A DNA stretch of 49,788 bases from Bacteroidota bacterium (GTDB lineage: Bacteria > Bacteroidota > Ignavibacteria > UBA10030 > JAZGDE01), in the NCBI GenBank assembly GCA_036477295.1, contig JAZGDE010000001.1, positions 1 through 49,788 on the forward strand, in the 5' to 3' direction. The stretch's first letter is position 1. The number at the start of each line of letters is the position of its first letter. Of this stretch, positions 39,014-46,648 are shown piece by piece. The notes under the pieces were generated by a model. That model was not told the origin of the DNA and ran no database searches. It saw only the letters and a program-made list of their open reading frames with translations. A program made the position numbers and the translations under genes.

Positions 39014-40729
39014 ATGCTCAAGACACTGCGCATTAAGAATTACGCACTCATCGATGAGGTTGAGGTCGAGTTTGAAGCCGGGCTAAACATTCTCACCGGT
39101 GAGACCGGTGCTGGGAAGACGATCATCATCGATGCGATGAGCCTTGTGCTTGGAGAACGTGCGAGTTCCGACGAGGTTCGATCAGGAACGGAGAAAGCAG
39201 TGGTGGAAGGGGTATTTGCCGTTGCAGGGAACCGGAAACTGAAAAAACTCCTGGAAGAACATCAGATAGACTGGAACGAGGAACTAATCTTGCGCCGTGA
39301 CGTCTCGAGCAAAGGGCAGAGCCGATGCTTCGTCAATGACACTCCCGCAACGCTCTACCTTCTGAAGAACGTGGGCGACTTGCTTGTCGATTTGCACGGT
39401 CAGCATGAGCATCAATCGCTCCTCCGAGTGGACACGCACATCAACCTCCTGGATGATTTCGGTGGACTCGAAGGACTCGTCGGTGAGTTTCGCCGGGCCT
39501 ACGATGCCTCGCAGGGCTTGTTCGCGGAACTTGAAGAGCTAAAAGAGAAGGAGCATCAGCTGAAGGAAAAAAAGGAGCTGTACGAATTTCAGATCAGGGA
39601 GATCGATGCGCTCAGGCTTCAACCGGGTGAAGAAGAGGAGTTGGAATCCGAGCTGAAAATTCTGGAGAATGCGGAAAAGCTGTACGAGGCAACTTCCCGC
39701 TTGTACGAAATGTTGTACGAGGGTGACCATTCGGTCCACGATCAGCTAGTGCTCGCGAGGAACCAGCTCGAAGACCTGGCAACGATCGACAGGTCGTTCG
39801 AAGCGATGAAAAGCGAATGTGCTTCGGCTGATGCGATTGTGGATGAGGTGACAAGGTTTCTCCAGCAGTACAATTCAAGAGTGGACTTTAACCCGGAACG
39901 TCTGGAACATAACCGCAATCGGCTTGGACAACTGGCGCTCCTGAAGAAGAAGTATGGCGGGTCGGTCGATTCAATACTCCGGCACCGCGAAACGATCGGT
40001 CAGGAAGTGGCGCTGGCGGAGAATTTTGAAGGGGAGATTCGGAAACTGCATCAACAAATCGAAGAGGTCCGATCGCTTGCCTCAGAAATAGCGCAGCGAC
40101 TATCGATAAAGCGGCGTGAAGTGGCCCGGAAGGTGGCGAAAACGATCGTGGATGTGCTGGCTGGCTTGGGGATACCGAACGCGCAGTTCGATGTTAGCGT
40201 TGAGAACCGAAAGGTTGTGGCCGGCGAAAACGGCTTTGTGAAACTTGGCAGGGAATTTTACGAGACGACCCCGAGGGGCATCGATTTCGTCGAGTTCTAT
40301 GTGTCCACTAATATCGGTGAGGATGTCAAACCGCTGGTGAAAGTAGCATCTGGAGGGGAGATCTCCCGCATCATGCTGGCCTTGAAATCGATCCTTGCGA
40401 AGTCGGAGCGATTGCCCCTGCTGGTGTTTGATGAAATCGATTTGGGCATCAGCGGGAGGATCGCCCAGGCAGTCGGATTGAGTCTCAAAAACCTCTCCAG
40501 CTTTCACCAGGTCATCGCGATCACGCATCTTCCGCAGATCACCAGCCTTGCGGACACTCATTTTGTGGTGGAGAAGGTCCGGGACGGGAAGCGCACCGCT
40601 ACACGTATGCGCAAGTTGAATCTGGAAGAAAGAGTGCATGAAGTGGCGAAACTGATGAGTGGTGAGGAAGTCACAGCGGCGGGACTGAAAGGTGCACGGG
40701 AACTGATAGCATTCAGCAGGAAACATTGA
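39014..40729 (+). CDS. recN: DNA repair protein RecN
   Basis: MLKTLRIKNYALID, LTGETGAGKT, DLHGQHEHQSLL, VASGGEISRIML, VFDEID and ITHLPQ motifs. Confidence 0.97.
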   Translation: MLKTLRIKNYALIDEVEVEFEAGLNILTGETGAGKTIIIDAMSLVLGERASSDEVRSGTEKAVVEGVFAVAGNRKLKKLLEEHQIDWNEELILRRDVSSKGQSRCFVNDTPATLYLLKNVGDLLVDLHGQHEHQSLLRVDTHINLLDDFGGLEGLVGEFRRAYDASQGLFAELEELKEKEHQLKEKKELYEFQIREIDALRLQPGEEEELESELKILENAEKLYEATSRLYEMLYEGDHSVHDQLVLARNQLEDLATIDRSFEAMKSECASADAIVDEVTRFLQQYNSRVDFNPERLEHNRNRLGQLALLKKKYGGSVDSILRHRETIGQEVALAENFEGEIRKLHQQIEEVRSLASEIAQRLSIKRREVARKVAKTIVDVLAGLGIPNAQFDVSVENRKVVAGENGFVKLGREFYETTPRGIDFVEFYVSTNIGEDVKPLVKVASGGEISRIMLALKSILAKSERLPLLVFDEIDLGISGRIAQAVGLSLKNLSSFHQVIAITHLPQITSLADTHFVVEKVRDGKRTATRMRKLNLEERVHEVAKLMSGEEVTAAGLKGARELIAFSRKH

Positions 40730-40737
40730 CACGAATC

Positions 40738-42204
40738 ATGCCGCTCAGTGTGTACAACACGATGACGAGAAGAAAAGAAGAGTTTGTTCCGCTGATACGA
40801 AAACAGGTGGGAATCTATGTCTGCGGACCCACCGTGTACAGCCACGCCCATATCGGGCACGCGAAGAGCTACGTGTCATTCGACGTTGTTGTCCGTTATC
40901 TCCGCTACCTAGGCAACAAGGTTCGCTACGTGCAAAACATTACCGACGTCGGTCACCTGACCGATGATGCAGATGAGGGGGAGGACAAGATCGAGAAGCA
41001 GTCGAAGCTGGATCGCATGCATCCGATGGAGCTCGTAGACCTCTACACGCGCAGCTACTTTGAAGACATGGACAGGCTCGGGAACCTTCGCCCCAACATC
41101 TCTCCGCGCGCAACCCAGCACATCATCGAGCAGATCGAGCTTGTGAAGAGCTTGCTGAAGAAGAACTTTGCGTACGAGGTCAACGGGTCGGTCTACTTCG
41201 ACGTACGCCGTTTTCGCGACTATGGGAAACTTTCTCGGAGGAACCTCGATGAGATGGAGGCAGGCAAGCGAGTCGAGGTGAAAAGCGAGAAGCGCCATTC
41301 TGCGGACTTTGCCCTTTGGAAGAAAGCAGAACCCGGGCACATCATGCAGTGGTCGTCCCCTTGGGGTCTAGGGTATCCGGGCTGGCATGCGGAATGCTCG
41401 GTCATGTCGATGAAATATCTCGGTGAGCAGTTCGACATCCACGGCGGTGGAATCGAGATTCAGTTTCCACACCATGAATGTGAAATCGCGCAGAGTGAGT
41501 GCGCCACGGGAAAACAGCCGTTCGTGAAGTACTGGCTGCACAACAACATGGTGAGCGTTAACGGTCAAAAGATGAGCAAATCACTCGGAAACTTCGTCAC
41601 GATCAAGGATGCTTTCAAGAAGTGGGATCCGATGGTGATCCGGTTTTTTGTCATGCAGAGTCACTATCGAAGCACTCTTGACTTCAGCGAGCAAGCTCTC
41701 GATGCAGCCAAGCAGGGCTTTGAACGACTTGCGGGGAGTGTGAATCGGTACAGAAGCTACTTGAAGAACGTTGAGACTGTCGCAGAAGGACCCGGTCTCG
41801 TCGAGCCATTGTTGTCCCTCAAACAACAATTCTTTGATTCGTTGGATGATGATTTCAATACCCCTCAGGCAATCGCGGTGCTCTTTGAAGTGACAAAGCG
41901 CACGAACGAGATCTGCGAAGGGAGGGGGCAGACCCGACACCCCTTCAACGTGCGAGAAATTGAGCGGATCTTCTTCACCGAAGGCGCGGGAGATGTTCTC
42001 GGGTTCGATTTCTCAGAGAAAGCACCGCCATCTCTTGGGAACGACTCGGAATTGGCTAAAATCGTTGACCTTCTCATCGATCTGAGGGCGGAGCTGAGGG
42101 CGCACAAGCTCTGGGCTCTTTCCGACAAGATCCGAACGCGGTTGGGAGAGATCGGAATCGTGCTGGAAGACAAGCAGGAAGGTACGACGTGGCGGAAGGT
42201 CTGA
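40738..42204 (+). CDS. cysS: Cysteine--tRNA ligase
   Basis: [30 protein letters not shown] and KMSKS motifs. Confidence 0.98.
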   Translation: MPLSVYNTMTRRKEEFVPLIRKQVGIYVCGPTVYSHAHIGHAKSYVSFDVVVRYLRYLGNKVRYVQNITDVGHLTDDADEGEDKIEKQSKLDRMHPMELVDLYTRSYFEDMDRLGNLRPNISPRATQHIIEQIELVKSLLKKNFAYEVNGSVYFDVRRFRDYGKLSRRNLDEMEAGKRVEVKSEKRHSADFALWKKAEPGHIMQWSSPWGLGYPGWHAECSVMSMKYLGEQFDIHGGGIEIQFPHHECEIAQSECATGKQPFVKYWLHNNMVSVNGQKMSKSLGNFVTIKDAFKKWDPMVIRFFVMQSHYRSTLDFSEQALDAAKQGFERLAGSVNRYRSYLKNVETVAEGPGLVEPLLSLKQQFFDSLDDDFNTPQAIAVLFEVTKRTNEICEGRGQTRHPFNVREIERIFFTEGAGDVLGFDFSEKAPPSLGNDSELAKIVDLLIDLRAELRAHKLWALSDKIRTRLGEIGIVLEDKQEGTTWRKV

Positions 42205-42471
42205 AACGGCATTACGCCTCTGACAGATGCCTCGGGCCTCGCGCGCAAGTACGGCGATGCATGGCAATCATGGTGGACGAATCGTGAAATTCGAGATGAA
42301 AAGGTAAGCTTTTTCGCATCGCGGTTGCCCGCTGGTGAACATACGTTTACGTACATTTTCCGTGCTCAGATCCCAGGCTCGTACCATGTGATGCCGTCGC
42401 TCGGAGCGTTGATGTACTACGCCGAAGTGCGGGGAAATTCTGACGAAATTCAACTCCAGATTGTTGACTGA
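42205..42471 (+). pseudogene. C-terminal (MG10-like) fragment of a bacterial alpha-2-macroglobulin, with no start codon
   Basis: Reads WWTNREIRDEKVSFFASRLPAGEHTFTYIFRAQIPGSYHVMPSLGALMYYAEVRGNSDEIQLQIVD*, matching the A2M terminal pattern E.RDD...F...L..G.....Y..RA..PG.Y...P.....MY..E..G.S. Same frame as cysS. Confidence 0.8.
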
Positions 42472-42524
42472 ACCTTCTTCACGTGGGAATGGGGTAGTCA
42501 CTGACTGCTCTCTTCTGTCCTTCC

Positions 42525-42553
42525 TTGAAATTCACTACCTTTTTTTCTATCTT
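42525..42553 (+). promoter_or_regulatory. Sigma70-type promoter for the YjbH-like gene
   Basis: TTGAAA-17 nt-TATCTT. Confidence 0.5.
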
Positions 42554-42693
42554 TGATACTGGAATTCAGATTCGATATTTTTGTGCGCTGGCACGAGCTG
42601 AATGATCGTGCGAGGTGTCCGAGCTCGCACGCCGGGGTCAGAGACCCCGATGAATTTTCCCTTCACATCCCGCTGTATTAAGGAGAGTGCCAC

Positions 42694-43518
42694 TTGGTGG
42701 CTCTCAGATCACGGCGCGCTCAACGAGCTCGCGCTCGATTTTTTCTCATCCTCTGGTCATTGCTCCTGACGAACGGGTTTGCTTTTGCACAGGGCGCTGA
42801 GGGTTCTGCCGGAGCGAAGGCAAACGTTGAACCGCGGTTCCTGATCGATACTCCGACCGCGGGAATTCTCCACAGAGGAGATTTTGCGCTCGACATCGAT
42901 TTCTTTGGGAACGGTGGCATGACTGTGGGTCTCTCTGCCGGAGTGATCAACCGCATGAGTCTTGGCATTTCCTACGGCGGAGATCGCCTCATCGGGTCAG
43001 AGAGGGCGGAGTTCAATGAGGTGCCGGGCATCAATCTTCGGTATCGGATTTGGGATGAGACCCTCTTAATGCCAGCGCTGGTGATTGGCTTCGACTCGCA
43101 AGGTCGGGAGGCGTACATTGATAGCCTCGACCGTTACAGGATCAAGTCCCTCGGATTCTTCGCCGCAACGAGCAAGAACTACAAAATTTTCGGCAACCTG
43201 AGTGTCCATGGCGGCGTTAACTACTCCCTCGAGCGCGCAGATGGTGATAAGGACCTCAATTTTTTTGGCGGGGCCGAAAAGACATTTGGCAGGGATATTT
43301 CCTTGATTGTGGAATATGATTTCGCGTTCAACGACAGCAATCGCCGGGCGGTAGGTCAGGCAGTGGGTCGCGGCCGCGGATACTTGAACGCGGGCATGCG
43401 ATGGTCGGTCGGTGGAGGTTTCACCATTGGCCTCGACTTTAAGGATCTCGTCAAGAACCGGGACCAAGTTGCCGTCGGCAACCGGACACTTCGCATCGAA
43501 TTCGTTGAAACATTGTAA
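42694..43518 (+). CDS. Outer-membrane beta-barrel protein, YjbH-like
   Basis: RBS AAGGAG; signal peptide ending AFA; LIDTPTAGIL motif; amphipathic beta-strand pattern. Confidence 0.6.
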   Translation: MVALRSRRAQRARARFFLILWSLLLTNGFAFAQGAEGSAGAKANVEPRFLIDTPTAGILHRGDFALDIDFFGNGGMTVGLSAGVINRMSLGISYGGDRLIGSERAEFNEVPGINLRYRIWDETLLMPALVIGFDSQGREAYIDSLDRYRIKSLGFFAATSKNYKIFGNLSVHGGVNYSLERADGDKDLNFFGGAEKTFGRDISLIVEYDFAFNDSNRRAVGQAVGRGRGYLNAGMRWSVGGGFTIGLDFKDLVKNRDQVAVGNRTLRIEFVETL

Positions 43519-43708
43519 GTGTTCGAAAAACTAAACGAGCCTCCCGAAGGTGTCCACATTAGTACACACTAGATTTTCTTGAGCTTAGAACGAATTGGGA
43601 AAACCGCTTCAATTAGCCAAGTTTTGAGGGGTAACCTTTCTGGCATTGTAGTTGTTCTGTAATATGATGGGGCAATAAGCCTTTCCGCTCAGAAAGCGAG
43701 GTTGAACC

Positions 43709-44857
43709 ATGAAACTCACGAATATTGTCACAATTTTCCTGAGCGTTGCTCTGTCTGTCTTTCTGTTCTCGGGCTGCTATACGCAACTTGGAGCAGTCAA
43801 GTCGGAGGCAGAATATGAGGGGGAGGCTCCGTACTACGAGAGTGAAGAGCCCGAGGACCAGCAAGAATACGCTGCGGAAGAGGAATACGATGGCGACGTT
43901 TCGGTGACGAACGACTATTACTACTATGACGACGGTTACTACCCGTCACCGCGCTATCGGATGTACTTCCAGTACTACTATCCACCTTCATACTTCTGGT
44001 CGGCCTACGCTGATCCGTACTTTTACCCGGGTTACTACTACTATCCCTGGTCGTTCTATTACCCATGGTACTATCATCACTCTTTCTTCCACCACTCTTT
44101 CTTCGCGTTCCGATTTGGATTGTTCGCCCCGGGATTTTACTCCGGCCTATACTACGACCCCTTCTATTCCGGATACGGATTTCCCCACCGATTCGCGATC
44201 TCCGGCGTTCGAGAACGATCGAACCGTGATTTCGGGAGCACGCGGGGAGAGGGAAGGCGTCGCGGTGGAAGTGGCCGCGGGAGTTACACGGGAAGTGATG
44301 CATACAATCTGCCGCCGGCAATGCGTTCTCCAACTGCGGTTGGACAAACTGAACGAAACACAGGTGCGCGATCCGACCAGCGTTCGCGACAGCGAGTACG
44401 ACGAGCTGCGAGGACTGACAGAGGAAAGGACGCGACTGTACGGGAAGGAAAGCGGATCCGTAATACTAACCGGAAAGAGACAGTCCGGCGAGCCGTAGGA
44501 TCGACGCGAGGAAAATACACACTACGTTCTTCGAAGAGCAGGGATTCAAAGCGCCTAACCGACGAGAAACGTCCAGCTGATTCCAGGAAGCGCGGCGAGC
44601 ATCGGAAGGTAACCCAGGGGAAAAAGAAACGATCCAAGTCGTCTTCTTATGCTTCGCGGCAAAAAGGATCTTCGAAGAAACACTTTGGAACGAACAGGAG
44701 AGGGTCAAGTCGGAGCGCAAAGGGCGGTCGGAGCTCCTATACTCGGCCATCTCGCTCCTCGCAGCCGAGCGTCGCGCCGTCAAGCGGCAGAGGGGGACGA
44801 AGTAGTGCGGTCAGGGGTTCAACTCGCGGAAGCAGTGGCAGCCGTCGCGGTCGCTGA
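43709..44857 (+). CDS. Low-complexity lipoprotein (acidic, then Tyr/Pro-rich, then Arg/Ser/Gly-rich)
   Basis: Lipobox LFSG-C; acidic stretch; YYYYDDGYY-type region; long basic RSG tail. Confidence 0.75.
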   Translation: MKLTNIVTIFLSVALSVFLFSGCYTQLGAVKSEAEYEGEAPYYESEEPEDQQEYAAEEEYDGDVSVTNDYYYYDDGYYPSPRYRMYFQYYYPPSYFWSAYADPYFYPGYYYYPWSFYYPWYYHHSFFHHSFFAFRFGLFAPGFYSGLYYDPFYSGYGFPHRFAISGVRERSNRDFGSTRGEGRRRGGSGRGSYTGSDAYNLPPAMRSPTAVGQTERNTGARSDQRSRQRVRRAARTDRGKDATVREGKRIRNTNRKETVRRAVGSTRGKYTLRSSKSRDSKRLTDEKRPADSRKRGEHRKVTQGKKKRSKSSSYASRQKGSSKKHFGTNRRGSSRSAKGGRSSYTRPSRSSQPSVAPSSGRGGRSSAVRGSTRGSSGSRRGR

Positions 44858-44995
44858 TCCGTAGAGCGAAATGTCATTTGGCTGCACGCTAAAGACAAGA
44901 AAGAAGTGCTTTGGTAAAGCGCAGAACGGCAAGGACTTGTGCAATCTGTTGTCGCGAAAATGAATTGCCTCTTTGCTCGAGGGGAAGAATTGAAG

Positions 44996-46393
44996 ATGCG
45001 AACATTTCTTATCGTTATCAGCTTCTTGTTTCTCCCAGTTTTGACCTCTCATGCTCAATTCCCCGAAGACGCACTGAGACTCTCAACGTTGGGCTTCGGT
45101 GTGGGTGGCCGGGCACTGGGAATGGGCAACGCCTTCACGGCGGTCTCCGATGACTACACTGCCATTTTCTGGAACCCTGCTGGCCTTGCACAGATACGAC
45201 GCAATGAATTCAGCGCTGGGATTTCACATCTTGGGTTCGACAATAGGAGCACGTTCTTTGGAAGTCAACGAAGCTTTTCGAACAACAAGACGAGCCTTGA
45301 CAATGTGGGCATCGTTTATCCGCTTCCGACGCTCCGAGGAAACGCGGTGGTTGCGCTCGGATACAATCGCTCGAACGAATTTGCCACAGCACTTTCCTTC
45401 GATGGCTTTAACCCGAGCAGTTCCATCGTGCCTTCTCTCTTTCGGTCCGATACCACGCGGGACATTGCGTTCCTGCTCGCCCTGGAGGGGGAGGACGGTT
45501 CGACACCGATCCAGAGTAATGTCCGGCAGTTCGGGACGGTGCTCGAGGCAGGAGGAATCAACCGGTGGACGGCCGCTGGGGCAATCGACGTTGCCTCGGA
45601 CCTCTCTGTGGGTCTAAGTCTGAATTTCCTGACTGGCTCCTATCGTTTTACACGAAATTACACCGAAGAGGACAGCCGGAACATCTACACGATGTTTCCG
45701 TTCGACTTCGACGCGCTCGAGCTCGACAACACTGTCGATGCTGACATTGTTGGGTTCACGGCGAAGTTTGGATTGCATTACCGGAAAGAGCCAGTGAAGC
45801 TAGGGCTCGCTGTCAAGGCTCCTTCCTGGTTTGACGTGCAAGAGCGTTTTTCCACGTCAGGGCGGAGTTTCTTCGACGACGGATTTAGTTCCTCAGCGAG
45901 GATAAATGGCACGACTGACTACAATGTGGCAACCCCATTTGTCTTCAGCGCTGGTGCCGCCGTGAGTGTCCTGGGATTGACGATCTCCGGCGATGCTGAC
46001 TTTACGGACTGGACGCAGATGGAATTTCGTGATGCCACTCCCGAGCTGGAGGGGATGAACATTCAAATCAAGGAGATCTTTAAATCCACTGTTAATTGGC
46101 GCTTGGGAGCGGAGTATGAACTTCAGCCGCTCGGTCTGAGACTCCGAAGCGGATTCATCATGAATCAGTCACCGTATCGCGGTGACCCCTCCTCATTTAA
46201 TCAGAAGTTTGTGACCGGAGGTCTCGGCCTGAATGTGGACGACATGGTGTTTGTCGACGCTGCGTACGCACGCGGTTGGTGGAACACGTTTCGCGTGAAC
46301 TACGTTGATCCTTTTTCACCCACTGCTGTTTCCCGCACCGATGAGGATGTGAACACGGATAATTTTCTGCTGACCGTCTCGTTTCGGTTCTGA
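44996..46393 (+). CDS. OmpP1/FadL family outer-membrane transporter
   Basis: Signal peptide; GGRALGMGNAFTAVSDD...WNPAGLA; C-terminal SFRF. Confidence 0.88.
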   Translation: MRTFLIVISFLFLPVLTSHAQFPEDALRLSTLGFGVGGRALGMGNAFTAVSDDYTAIFWNPAGLAQIRRNEFSAGISHLGFDNRSTFFGSQRSFSNNKTSLDNVGIVYPLPTLRGNAVVALGYNRSNEFATALSFDGFNPSSSIVPSLFRSDTTRDIAFLLALEGEDGSTPIQSNVRQFGTVLEAGGINRWTAAGAIDVASDLSVGLSLNFLTGSYRFTRNYTEEDSRNIYTMFPFDFDALELDNTVDADIVGFTAKFGLHYRKEPVKLGLAVKAPSWFDVQERFSTSGRSFFDDGFSSSARINGTTDYNVATPFVFSAGAAVSVLGLTISGDADFTDWTQMEFRDATPELEGMNIQIKEIFKSTVNWRLGAEYELQPLGLRLRSGFIMNQSPYRGDPSSFNQKFVTGGLGLNVDDMVFVDAAYARGWWNTFRVNYVDPFSPTAVSRTDEDVNTDNFLLTVSFRF

Positions 46394-46402
46394 CCTATTC
46401 TG

Positions 46403-46431
46403 TTGCAAGGAATCCCTCCGTTTCGTATATT
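46403..46431 (+). promoter_or_regulatory. Sigma70-type promoter for the acylase-sirtuin genes
   Basis: TTGCAA-17 nt-TATATT. Confidence 0.6.
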
Positions 46432-46467
46432 GCTTCCGTCTCGTCGAATCAACGGGACGGATTTTTT

Positions 46468-46640
46468 ATGGCGAGTCCATCCCGACGAGATACCCTCGAC
46501 ATACCTTCGGCCAACAACTCGTCCCGCTCCTTAAGGAGTCTCCCGAAGGGACCCCTTCGTGGCGGGAAAGGGGCCTTCGGCCTACAACTTTTCGAGTCAG
46601 TAGACTCGTAGAGACTCGTCGAGGGATTCTTCCGAGAACT
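46468..46640. repeat. Nested palindromic (REP-like) mosaic element C
   Basis: Outer CCCTCGAC (46493) / GTCGAGGG (46618); inner TCCCGC/GCGGGA, CTCCTTAAGGAG, TCCCGAAGGGA, GGCCTTCGGCC and CGAGTCAGTAGACTCG. 46542-46572 is 29/31 identical to 38718-38748. Confidence 0.65.
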
Positions 46641-46648
46641 TCCCCAAA

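Noticed and set aside
38446-42204. UGA recoding (genetic code 4/25 or selenocysteine) suggested by two in-frame TGAs
   Set aside because: TGA correctly ends eno, PGM, atpA, ffh, khpA and recN; the positions are not catalytic Cys sites; no SECIS was seen.
34901-46640. CRISPR array interpretation of the palindromic repeats
   Set aside because: No regularly spaced identical repeats with unique spacers, and no cas genes.
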